From NCBI GenBank assembly GCA_049724395.1, contig JAUGWO010000105.1, forward strand, positions 1 to 64,000: a stretch of DNA of 64,000 nt, read 5' to 3'. Position 1 is the first letter of the stretch, and every line of letters starts with the position of its first letter. A program made the translations under genes and the position numbers. Under the pieces are notes generated by a model, which had not been told where the DNA came from, did not search any database, and saw only the letters and a list, made by a program, of their open reading frames with translations. Positions 1 to 10,619 of this stretch are shown in pieces. The stretch comes from Spongospora subterranea f. sp. subterranea. Taxonomy: Eukaryota.

Positions 1-247
1 GCGTCCGCGCAAGTATGTCGGAAACAGTCCAACGACCACATTCTGAAATACAGACGGTATCGCATTCGGAATCTGATGCTAACTCTAGCGATGACATTGT
101 CAAAGAGGATCCTCCCTCGAACACTATATTACCTCTCGTGTTGACAATACGGATGAGGACACCTCGACAAGAACTCCTGTCATTACTCCATTGAGATACA
201 CTTGAGTGTACATTAATAATAATTTGTAGTTATCTACCCCTCTGTAG

Positions 248-2945
248 TATGGGACCAGGACCTGGGACCTACGCTGTTTTCGGTCCCAGGCCAAATAACT
301 GAAAGTTACGCAACAAATGGCATCTGTACATCTGGGTGTACATACTCGACGACAACGTGTTCAACCACAGTAAAAATGTTTTAACCAAACACTTGATCAT
401 CAACGATTTAATTGAAATTGTATCGTAACCAGACACCGTCTTTGATGATCAACATGATTGATCATCAAAGATTTACTTGAGAGTGTATCGAATAAATCTG
501 AATCTGCTCCAGTACCGATGTTTAACTTCTGCAATTTGAGGCAACGTTTACGCGCAGCAGATTTATTCGATGAACAAACAATGGAACGTCGCATCAACAA
601 TCTTCGCGGTTTTCTGGGTAGTCTGAGTCTCTGCTCGAAGAAACCAACAGATGGAGAACGTAACAACTCCGTTTATTATTGCTTAAGGACTATTGTTTAA
701 TGTGCTTGGATAGCCAGTCAAGCGATTTCCCATCGGTTTTTCGACTATCTTCCAGTATTTCAGCTGCGACAAGACAGTTTTCTGGCGTCACACCACAACC
801 AAAAGACCGCGCCTTATCAATGATTGCATCAATCACTGTTCTCCGGCGATTAAAGAACCTTCTCTCGCTACCGTGGCACCATTTTGATCCCCATCTCCTT
901 TCCAAATCCCTGACTGCTGGACCTCCACCTAGTCCCTCAGACCATTCTCTCCATAGGTCCACCACAGAATGGATTCCTCTGCTCATTTTGTACTGAACTG
1001 GGTTCGCGCCATCACATTCGCCTTGCATGACCGGATGACCGACATCACATGGCTCCGTTGGACGACTTTCATCCCGCGATTCTTGCCATTGAGCATTGAT
1101 TGTGACCGGCACCCTGCCAGAAAGTAAATCCCCTAAATTCTCTCGCAATGAAGATAGACTGCGTGATATCGGATCGATTGTCGCTGTGATTGTTGTCTTC
1201 AGATCTAGATGGACTGCATCAACCTTTTGAGACAGTGCTGGCATCACTTGTTGTAGCCGTTTTTCCGTCGGGTCACACGCTTTGCTGACTGCTGTGAGTA
1301 AATCGTGGGCGAAATTACGATAGATATGACAAGAGAATATATTAGCACTCCATAAAGGGTGCGCAGGAAACTTCGATCTCATAAATACCGAATCCTGCAA
1401 AATCACGGTTCTGAGTCTTTGAAGGAGTTGAAGGAATCCCTTTGCCGCAATGGTCTGACAATATTCCCCGGTAGCAATCCTGTTCAGACAATTCTCAACC
1501 ATAGGAAAGAGCATCAATTTCAGCGCTTGAGGAGGTTCAATTGCGGCACGCTGGAGATAAAAATTTCCTTGCGCCGGAGAAAATCCGGCCAGAGTTCTGA
1601 TGGCTTCTCGAGGCAGAGAAGTCAGGTAGCAATTTTCCATCGCCTGATTGTTCCACCTTCCGAGACGACGAATCTGATCTTCGGATGCACCACCTAATTC
1701 AGCCATCCTTGCTCCGGAACCTCGGGCAGCGTGAGTCTTGGCTTTGGCATTCAATCCAACAGACCGGAACGCAGAATCAATTGCGTCCTTATGAGTCTTG
1801 TAGTCGAGAGGAGTTCTAGGATTTTGGCCACTCTTGAGAAGCTTCAGATTGAACCAATCTTCGCTCGTAGTGAAAACGGGAAATGGCTCATTTTCGACGT
1901 GAAACCGCCAGAACAAATAAAACCCGAGAGCACCCCAAGGACAGATACGAACGTCTTTGTTGCGAACGAAAGCCCCAAAATCGTTGCGCCCGAATTGGTT
2001 TGTCTTCCCCTGGCGGAGAACTAACACCAATGCATAGCAAGTAGAGAACCCTTCCTTCTCTAACTGTACCGAATGCATATCCGCAAACTCCAAACTTCGA
2101 ACGGTTTCCCCTCGAAGAAGTGCATAGTGAGACATAAAAAAAGCACAGAGGTTCCGAAGATGTTGCCCGTGGTCTCTGGTTTTCACCCAGAAATGTGTTG
2201 CGATGTTGACAATCTGGTCGATAGTCGTATATCCATCAATCAGGGTTCCAATACCGCGATCGATAAAGTTAATGCGGCGATGCTGCTGCGTGCCGTAATC
2301 TGCATTCTTGAGCAACCGTTTAACATTCGAATCTCGCGGATTTGGATGCGAATTCATCTTCATTGATGTTTGTTGACGCCAGAGATCAACTATTGCAGCC
2401 GCGTATCCGCACACTGTGGACTTCCCGACCTTGCCAATCGATTCGCTCAAAGTTGCTTTTCTCTTCCTGGAATGTCGGTCAATGACCTGCTCATCTAAAA
2501 AAATGCAATTTGTCTCCGGTCACCGTGCTGCCATCGGAGAACCCTTTGTCAATGCACCATGCTTGAAATTCGGCATGACGACTTGCATACGCCTTGGTTG
2601 TATTCTTTGGGCGAATCTCCAGACTACGTTGATGCGTTCGAAGGATCGATTCGTGCATCTCGATATTGAGTACTGAGGTAGATGACGACGATGCGGGTAG
2701 TGCAATGATGGCATCGGATGGCATCGCCATGCAAAGATCCAACTGTCATGTCGGAATGAACAGATAAACTGTATGAAGACGACCAGATGTGAAGACGATT
2801 TATAGATACAGTGGCGATGGGCGGACAAGCTGACTGAGGACCTGCGTCCCAAATAACTACAGTTATTTGCCCTGATCCGACCAAATAACCGCAGTTATTT
2901 GGTCCTGGGACTGGGGACCCAGTGGGACCCACCAGGACCCACGCC
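248..2945 (-). mobile_element. Crypton (CryptonF-like) tyrosine-recombinase DNA transposon, near full length
   Basis: The encoded protein has a YR/NDC10_II-like core and a C-terminal GCR1_C-like domain. Related GGGACC/GGTCCC and CCAAATAAC motifs cluster at 250-308 and 2838-2940, flanking the gene. Exact ends are inferred. Confidence 0.85.
690..2742 (-). pseudogene. Crypton tyrosine recombinase with GCR1_C domain, split by one frameshift at the A7 run 2497-2503
   Basis: ORF 2491..2742 (RPKNTTKAY..EFQAWC..VTGDKLHF) continues after a frame change into LDEQVIDRHSRKRK..STVCGYAAAIVDLW of ORF 690..2450. Catalytic-type motifs are LLRGE (R), KTNQFG (K), HAAR (HxxR) and GRW..MENCY (W,Y). The C-terminal YKMSRGIHSVVDLWREW..LERRWGSKW matches GCR1_C. 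Confidence 0.88.
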
Positions 2946-3535
2946 CCTGATAATTTATTTTGTGAATAAACTCGATGACCAGTCAATATATTTTCGGCTG
3001 AATCTCCCAGTCAGAATGTGACCAGCTTATCTACGCAATTTTTGAAGTGACAAGTTAATGTGACCTGTCTTTTCTCGTCCCCCCTTTTTCAGTACTGTAC
3101 GACTGTACCTACCGGTACTGTAGAAAAAAATACTTGCGGTTGAAAAAACCTGCGCGGAAAATGTCACCCCTTTCCGCTCTCGTATTCCGAGCCGACTTGA
3201 TAAAAACACTTGTCTATTTTGCATATCCGGTTTTTCACAGCCCGCTGCTGTAGTAAAACCTGTAGTTTCGGCATAGTGATCACTCATCCATTAAAGCTGC
3301 TGGAATTACCCACAGCTCTGAGGTTTACCTGATTTCAGTCACGTCTTCCGCCTGTTCCGCATTTCGATCCCATCCTCGTCATTTTGGTCGCAAGTTCCTT
3401 CTTTCCTTCACGTCCCTTTCTATCTCTCTTTTCTTTTTCTCTCGCTTTTTTCCCATATCTATGTTTTCCGTTCTAGAGTGTTCCCTGGTATATTTTCCTA
3501 TCATCATAAAGTCCTCAACTTCCAGTGACAACACT

Positions 3536-3678
3536 CGATAAGCAATAATTGACGCTATGAAACTAATGACTACGTCTCGGTTGATTGAACTCTCCCACTC
3601 ACAACCAATAAGTGTTGAAAACCTACCCAAGTTTTCAAAACACTTACCAATGAGGATTTCTTCCGATATTTAAGAACA
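3536..3678 (+). repeat. Dispersed repeat, diverged inverted copy of 12915-13061 (probable LTR-retrotransposon fragment)
   Basis: tgacgctatgaaac..gactacgtctcgg..cacaaccaataagtgttg..acctacccaagtttt..accaatgaggatt matches the reverse complement of 12915-13061 with scattered substitutions. The second copy abuts gypsy pol fragments. Confidence 0.75.
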
Positions 3679-4003
3679 CGGGACTCTGCCCCTCCTGTGA
3701 GATTCCGATATCCTCCTTGCAAGAGCGTTCAAATTTAACTCTTTCAAAAACTGTTTTACAGAAATGTCTCTTTGATCTACACAAGATTGACGATTAGAAG
3801 CGTCATATCTGTGTCTCCGCGGAAGCGCTTTGGACCGTGCTGTTCAAATAGAAGTCTCCACCTCTACTGAAATGCTGGATGTTATATCGGGGTGGTATGC
3901 TCAGTCTTGAACAGTCTTGCCACCTTGCAAGACTGCTTAAGACTTAAGCACTCGTCCAGGTCCTGGTGACCTTCTATCAAATTACATTCTACGCTACAAC
4001 CAG

Positions 4004-4200
4004 TTTTAGTCAGAATAAAAACGTCTTGAAGGACACTGGCTTCAACGGCGTCCCTTTTGACGACCAGACAGTTGCTCTTCAAATGAAGCCATGTGCTGTC
4101 GTCTGTTTGTGAAAACTTTGGTGGTTAAACCCAAACTATTTGCTGAAGTCGTCAAAAGGGACGCCTAACCAGTGTCCTTCAAGACGTTAGTCTGACCAAA
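4004..4200. repeat. Fold-back inverted repeat (MITE-like or hairpin)
   Basis: 4020-4039 aacgtcttgaaggacactgg pairs with 4169-4188. 4047-4064 ggcgtcccttttgacgac pairs with 4148-4165. The outer tttagtcaga/tctgaccaaa segments also pair. Confidence 0.85.
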
Positions 4201-4836
4201 GCTTCTTTGAATATCTTAAAAATTATTCAAGGAGCTAGAGTGAAATATCGGTTCCGTAGTGTCCCCATTCTCGTTCCACTCCAGAGTTTCGACAACATTC
4301 GTCCACCGTTGCTCCTCGTGAAAACGTTCCTCCTCCCCGCCATGTGCGACGAGTTCGTTTCTCGTCCCCTGTGAGACAAATCTCCGCTGATTCTTCCTCA
4401 ATCTATTCGTCAGACCATTCGTCTTTCCGCAAGAGTGTTCGACGTGTGAGTTTGCCCGAAGAGTGTCAACCCTCGAAGGAACCTTCTTCGGAGCGTGTCG
4501 TTTCTGCTTTTCTTTCCTCTGGGGACAAGAGTTTATCGGTTTCAGTCTCTATTGATGATGGAGCCGACGTTTCAATTATGGCTCCCAGAAGTATTGTCAC
4601 CATTTGTGCGTCACTGTGTGCGGAGTCCTTGACAGAGATTTTCGCCTTCGCAGTTTCGTTCGTGAGTCGTTTTCGCATTTGCCATTGAGGTCGTTTGCGA
4701 GTCCATGAATCGGGGTGTGTCCAATGGGTTTTTTTTTTTCTGGTTTGCACGATGTCGTCGTTGGGATTAGGAGCTAGCTCGGCCCAGTCCAGAATCATCG
4801 ATTTCAGACAATCTTCCTTCTCCACCGTAGAACAAT

Positions 4837-6324
4837 ATGATGACTCGTGGACGTATCAAGTCGAGACACCCGTTCCGCCAACCTCTTCTAGGAAAAGGAA
4901 GCGGAAGTCATCAGACCCCACTGCAGTTGATGAACATCAATTCGCATTCCACCAAAGGTCTTAATATTTGGGTTCCCAAGCTTCCAACTCCTGGTGAACG
5001 CGCTTTCCTTCGCTCAAAGTGTTCCGAAGACTTTTGTCATCGTTTGACAGTTTTTGGCACTTGCGCAACGCAAAGTTCGGTTCCGTCTGAACATTTGACT
5101 GAAATCAAGAACGCAGTGGCCAATGATATCAAAGATTGTCTCAGCAGTTATAAAAATCATGATGTGAATTGGGACCTACCCAAATTACAAGACACTATAT
5201 CTTTCATCCTCAACAATAACGATCACAGTTTGGCACCATGTTTTCAAAAAGCTACTGTGCTAAGCCCCATGCCATTTTCACGTGTCTATCCCGATGTAAT
5301 ATTTTCGCGACAGGTTGGCCTCACCTTGGCCGTCATGTCAGCGGCATTGCGTATTGATATTTTCTCTAAATCTTCTGTGCAACATCCTGTATTGGACATG
5401 CTCTGGAATGCATCTTTAAAATTGCTTGAATTATTTGGGGCCAGAGAAGAGAAATTCATGGAGATCTTACGATGTCATGTGCAAGCACATATAGATAGAG
5501 ACTGTCATTATTGGTCCAGAATCGGCATCTCTCGCGGTCTGGCTCGTCATCTGCATGGCGCGTTGAAGTGTCTTGCTGGTAGGATAAAAGAGGCTTCAGA
5601 TTCACAAACTTCAGTTTACCAATCTCCAACTGCCAAGTTGGTTTTTCGTAATGTGAAAGAGGGTTCGCTGGCTCTATCGGATGCATTGGACAATCTTGAA
5701 CATATGACTAACAGATTCAACACTGAGGTGCTTCCAAATTTTGACCTGGACGCAGTCAAGAATGATGTCCTCGATGCGTTGACTGATTACTTTTTTTCTC
5801 CCTCACCAAGTATTACTCAAGTTTTAAAATCAATTGTCTTTCAACCATCCGATGAAACATTGCTTGCAAATTACAAAACTGCTGATCAGCAATGCGATCT
5901 TGTCGATCTGCTGCCTGTAAATCGCGAAGTTGAAATATCGGTGCCGGTAGCTCTTGTATTGGACAGGATGACTGTTGTTTTTAAAAATGCATTTTGTTGG
6001 TGTTGGCATCGTCCTGTATTGAGCCTTTTCTGGAACGCATCACTTAAATTGCTTGAATTATATGGAGCCAGAGAAGACTACATCATGAGCTATTTAGCAC
6101 GTCAAATTCAGAAGAACCTGGAAGACAGAACCCCAGCTGGTCAATCAATGGAAGATCATCACATCATTGGCCAGTACCTCAGCCAAAATTTGGTGCAGAC
6201 TGTGCAAGACATTGTGAACAAGTTAACAACCTGTATGGATAGTGCAGATGTGGATTCGATTCAGACAGTTCCTGATAACAGATATGATCAAAATTTGCAC
6301 AAGCAAGAAAGAAAAGAAGATTAA
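4837..6324 (+). CDS. Uncharacterised 495-aa protein with an internal duplication
   Basis: Long intronless ORF. PVLDMLWNASLKLLELFGAREE and PVLSLFWNASLKLLELYGARED recur about 220 aa apart. No family recognised, and the true start is uncertain. Confidence 0.65.
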   Translation: MMTRGRIKSRHPFRQPLLGKGSGSHQTPLQLMNINSHSTKGLNIWVPKLPTPGERAFLRSKCSEDFCHRLTVFGTCATQSSVPSEHLTEIKNAVANDIKDCLSSYKNHDVNWDLPKLQDTISFILNNNDHSLAPCFQKATVLSPMPFSRVYPDVIFSRQVGLTLAVMSAALRIDIFSKSSVQHPVLDMLWNASLKLLELFGAREEKFMEILRCHVQAHIDRDCHYWSRIGISRGLARHLHGALKCLAGRIKEASDSQTSVYQSPTAKLVFRNVKEGSLALSDALDNLEHMTNRFNTEVLPNFDLDAVKNDVLDALTDYFFSPSPSITQVLKSIVFQPSDETLLANYKTADQQCDLVDLLPVNREVEISVPVALVLDRMTVVFKNAFCWCWHRPVLSLFWNASLKLLELYGAREDYIMSYLARQIQKNLEDRTPAGQSMEDHHIIGQYLSQNLVQTVQDIVNKLTTCMDSADVDSIQTVPDNRYDQNLHKQERKED

Positions 6325-6732
6325 TGCCATGAAATTATTTTGCCATGATGATTGGTTTTACGCATTCTTATTGTCGAATAAACACAACTGATTAATGAAT
6401 TGAGTTTGTATGTTTTTTTGTGCATGCGTTCAACACTTTTGTGTTAGGTCTGTAGTACCCACATCTACGCTAGGGCCATCCGACGATCGCTCGTCATCTG
6501 AGCAAACTCATAGGTTCGCGATAAGGACCTCCGCTACATGTTGCTCAGCAGTCAGCACCGACTCAATGGTAGTTTGACGTTGGTATCACCCGACTCACGA
6601 AAACCCCCAAACCCAATGGGCACAGGGGAAATTCCTTTACGGGACACCATTGAGCTACCTAATGATGTCGCTTCACCACAAAACCAGCTGATGTTGTATG
6701 TATCGAGATTGTCTCCTCGTCCCGGCATTTAG

Positions 6733-7070
6733 TTAAAGTATCAAACTATGAAATTGGAATTGACTTACCCATGATGATGAGTCTGTCATTATGTGAATCG
6801 TTCTGTTTTTAAAGTTCTTATCCATGTCCAGTTCTAGACCAGCGTGTAATGCGATGATCTCGGCTTCGTAACTCGAGGTAATTTTGTGCCCTAGTTCGAT
6901 TTGCGACTTTTCATCAGTGTGGTTTGCGTCTTCACCTTTGGTGTTTTTGTATCGATGGGCAGCAGCGCCCCCATCAGCCCAAAATTCTACTTCCGGGTCA
7001 TGTATGGTTTTGTACCCTGATGGGACTCTCTCTCTGAGAGCTTTCCAGACGTCGCCAAGTGGAGACCAGC
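6733..7070 (-). pseudogene. RNase H fragment of a non-LTR retrotransposon
   Basis: FWADG..SSYEAEIIALHAGL..IHIMTDS are RNase HI-type motifs typical of LINE RNase H domains. The fragment is truncated and has no adjoining RT. Confidence 0.65.
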
Positions 7071-7512
7071 CATCGGTGTATAGCGCTCTAATCGGACCCG
7101 GATACAATCCGGTGTCCGGTATCCGAGAAGTGCGCCGGACCGGATCTCGGACTTGATCCTGTACTGTATCCTGTATCCCGATCCGAGTATCCGACGGTCA
7201 TATATATATACACCTGTAATGTCCTTGCCTGTCATTAGGATGCCCTAGGCATGGCGAAGAACAAAAAATGGTGAGTCATTTTTTGCCTAAGGGTCTTGCT
7301 TATTCTGCATTTTGAATGATATCATCGTTTTGTGTTGATTGAATGATTGTTTCCCTACTGTTAAATAGCAGTTCCCTACAGTCGTGGTTGGCTGCTGAGT
7401 GAGTTATGTTTGCTGTGTACTTCAATGGTTCTGTCTTGATTTTGTGTGGCGTTTTGCTGTTTAGTGGCATGATTTGTAGTGGAAGATGTACTGGTCACAT
7501 TGTTTTTCTGTC

Positions 7513-7576
7513 ATCAGGTTATTGATGTCTAAGCTTCGGGAGTCTACTCCCGAAGCTTAGACATCAATAACCTGAT
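7513..7576. repeat. Perfect 31-bp palindrome with 2-nt loop
   Basis: atcaggttattgatgtctaagcttcgggagt-CT-actcccgaagcttagacatcaataacctgat. Confidence 0.95.
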
Positions 7577-7605
7577 AGCCTTATGGGAAATAGAGTCACA
7601 TCGCG

Positions 7606-7980
7606 GTTGAGATTGCTGTGTTCCATTAAGATCGATGATCTTCCTTGCTTTTGGTGCAGTAAAAGTGTATCGTCGTTTTCCATCCTGTGATATCCCTGAG
7701 AGTGTTTGGAAAGGAGTTATCAATCCACTTTCGGATATTTGTCCCAAACGGCTTTTCTGAATTGCTTATTATGATGATATTGATTTTGAACATGCATGCC
7801 GCTATCGTAAGCTAGAATAGTCCAGCCCATTGACAATGTTTTTGCATTATATCGAGGTAATCATCCAGTGTAGTACCATCGTAAGTTGTCAATGATTCTG
7901 CATAGTTCAATACGCCCTTTCTGTGGGTTTCTGGCGTACTGACAGGTATTCTTTCTCAGTTGTTGCACGGATGTGGTGGG
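7606..7980 (-). pseudogene. Degenerate OTU-like cysteine protease fragment, probably TE-derived
   Basis: Manual translation gives SVQQLRKNTCQY, then a frameshift, then LDDYLDIMQKHCQWAGLF*LTIAACMFKINIII. This resembles the OTU Y..M....WGG..EL..A.....I.I pattern with TAG at the conserved Glu. The catalytic Cys motif was not seen. Confidence 0.45.
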
Positions 7981-8911
7981 AATGGCCCCGAAGTTCGGTT
8001 CGCATCCAGCGCACAGTTCCTATCCTGATTACGTCTTTAATATGTATATCTTGTTGCCTATGTCAATGAAACAAGTGTGGTGGAGTCCGTTCCTATTTTT
8101 CTCTCCATATAGATTCTTCTTTGAGCACTTGATGCTGAAATGCCATCTCGATGTCCATTTGGAAGAGTTTTAGATTTTTGGCGGCAGCAATTGAAATGAC
8201 AGCTTTAACTGCCGTTCTCGACGCCACTGGGCTGAAGGTCTCGAAATAGTCGCAGCCGTAAACTTGTGTGAACCTCGGGCTACGAACCTGGCTTTGTATT
8301 TGACCACCTTATTGTTCTCATCCCGTTTGCGTTGGAAAACCCAGCGACTATCCATCACCCTCGTATTGGTAGGTCTCTGAACGACCAATCACATGTTATT
8401 CTTCTGTAGGGCTTGATATTCTTTATCCATGGCCTCCCGCCAGAACTTGGCCTCATCTGATTTGAGAGCCTCGACGCGGTTGCCAGGCTCGTCATCTGTA
8501 CACGCCAATCAGAATATGGTTTGTTCATCGATATATCGGGCTGGCTCTGATCGAACTCCTCTTGATGACCAGAGGAGGGTCTACAGGTTTTGACTTGTCT
8601 TCAGGTTCCGTATTAGCAGCTGGCTGTCGGCCTTGTTGTCGCAATTTGTTGACTTTCTTCGTCTTCATCTACGCGTCGTCGCATCGGCTCCTCCTCAAAC
8701 TTGGCGTCATGGCTAATCATCACCTTGTGAGAAGACTCGTCCATTATTCTGTAGTCTTTCTTTTCAGTTGAGTATCCGATAAATACTCCGACCTTAGCGT
8801 GCTGATCCAGTTTACCGGCACCATCGATCTTGTACCAGGCCTTGCAGCCAAAAACGCGAAGATGATCAATACTGGGCTTATGCTTATACCATAATCCATA
8901 CGAGGTCTCTG

Positions 8912-9004
8912 CCATCACCAGAGCAGATGAAATACCATCACCAGAGCAGATGAAATACCATCACCAGAGCAGATGAAATACCATCACCAGAGCAGATGAA
9001 ATAC
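8912..9004. repeat. Tandem repeat, 4 x 23 bp (ccatcaccagagcagatgaaata)
   Basis: Identical units start at 8912, 8935, 8958 and 8981, inside the copia integrase remnant. Confidence 0.95.
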
Positions 9005-10022
9005 AGCGGTTGCGAATGTGTACCGCTGTCTGGACAGCTTCCGCCCATTAAGTCTTTGACAAATCGGCAGTCAATTTCATTGTTCGAGTCATGTCCATAA
9101 TGATACGGTTCAGCCTTTCCTAGACTCCATTTTGCTGAGGTCGCCTATGTAGACACAGTCAGCTCTCGCTTGACGCCATTCTTTTGAAGAAAACTGTTAG
9201 AAGCAGATGACGTATATTCTCCTCATTACCGGAACGAAGGCGCCGTCTTTCATGCAAGATCTCCGCTCTCCTCTTGTAATTCTTGAACGTGTCTAGAACT
9301 CCGCTCTTACGAGTTAAGATGTAAGCCGATGATAATCCTGAGTAATCATCAATGAAAAACATAACATAAATCTCTCCACCAAACGATTCTTTATCCATCG
9401 AGCCAACACGACGTCTGAGTGAACCAAATCGTTGACTTGATCGGCTTGTCTTGAGCTCTCTGGCAGAGAAAGATTTTTGAGTTAGTTTTGCCTCGATGCA
9501 GGCTGGGCAGATATCGGGCCTGATTCCGCAAAGCTTTACTCCTCTTATCGCTCTGGGGCTGACCATAATTTCAAGAGCCATGTAGTTTAAATGCCCGAAT
9601 CGTTTATGCAACAGACTCGGTCAACGGGGCGGCTGAGCTCTGTCGGTTCACCAACTGCCAATGCAAACATCTTCTCGTGTCGGTCACCCAGCTGAATCGC
9701 CTTCCCATTTGATGTGGCGTAACAGACGTCGCCGCAGAATGACATCTGGGCGCCTTTTGCCGTTGTCACGCTTGCCGACCACAAGTTTAGCTTTTGATAA
9801 AAATTGTACAACACGTCCTTTAACGTCACTTCAAATCTCGACCGACTCTCATGTCGCCTTCCCAACTTCATAAATGGTACGGCCGTCAGCAGTCACTATT
9901 TTGATTGGATCCTGTAGGTCGGTAAAATTGCTGAGATGGTTCTTGTTTCCGGATATGGCGAGATGCACCGGAATCGACATAGCAGGATTCGGCTGCAGCA
10001 TACAACTCCTCCTGAGCGTTAG

Positions 10023-10070
10023 CGGCGAAGGCGAGTTCCGGCGAAGGCGAGTTCCGGCGAAGGCGAATTC
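10023..10070. repeat. Tandem repeat, 3 x 16 bp (cggcgaaggcgagttc)
   Basis: Units at 10023, 10039 and 10055; the last has one mismatch. Confidence 0.9.
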
Positions 10071-10619
10071 GTCACTTGAAGCTGGCTCCTCCTTTTTCTT
10101 GGACCTATATTCCTTGGTGAAATGTCCCTGTTTACCACTGTTGTAGCAAAGTCAACTGGCCTTCCGCTTTGTTTTTCCTCCGTCTCCAACGAAGAGGAGT
10201 TGGTCGTGATCCTTGCAACCCTTTTCTTGTCTTACAGCGCCACGATGTTGGCTTCCTATGCCCGTAGTCGATCACATACGTCACTCATCGACAGCTCAGA
10301 CTTGTCCATGATCACCCTCAGCTAGGATTCATAAACAATCCGTTCTGATGTTCTGAATAAGGGTCTGTACAATTTTAGGAACCGAGACTTGACTTATGGA
10401 CGTCTGCTTCAGCTCAATCACGATTTTGCTAAACTTGTCTAGAAATGTGTTCAGACCGCCACCCTTGAACAACATCAGGCTCCACAGGGTCGATCGCAGC
10501 GTGTTGATTCTTGTCCAAGACTGATTCTCGTAACGCGATACCACCGATTTCCACAAATCCCCCGTCATATTGCTGACAAATGTCGGCAGCAAGATGGCTG
10601 AAATAGAACACAGCAAGAA

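Larger units (their letters stand above)
8170..10600 (-). mobile_element. Degenerate Ty1/copia LTR retrotransposon internal region (gag, protease, integrase, start of RT)
   Basis: gag-like LWKSVVSRYENQSW..LRSTLWSL, a decayed knuckle GKQGHFTKE, HKRFGHLNY..CPACIEAK, YVMFFIDDYS, HLRVFGCKAW..KVGVFIGYS and DSRWVFQRKRDE..YKARFVARG appear in copia order. Many stops and frameshifts; RT truncated. Confidence 0.9.

Noticed and set aside
690..2450. Phage integrase or domesticated NDC10/GCR1 host gene
   Set aside because: The YR plus GCR1_C architecture, intact catalytic motifs, terminal motifs and TE neighbourhood fit a Crypton. There are no phage genes.
6476..6660. Self-cleaving ribozyme near the non-LTR fragment
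   Set aside because: I could not assemble a hammerhead (CUGANGA/GAAA with three stems) or HDV-like fold by eye.
7095..7200. atccgg/tatccg-rich stretch as a DNA transposon end
   Set aside because: Suggestive of subterminal repeats, but no partner TIR or TSD was found.
8912..9004. 23-bp repeats as a CRISPR array
   Set aside because: No spacers; the unit is duplicated copia integrase sequence.
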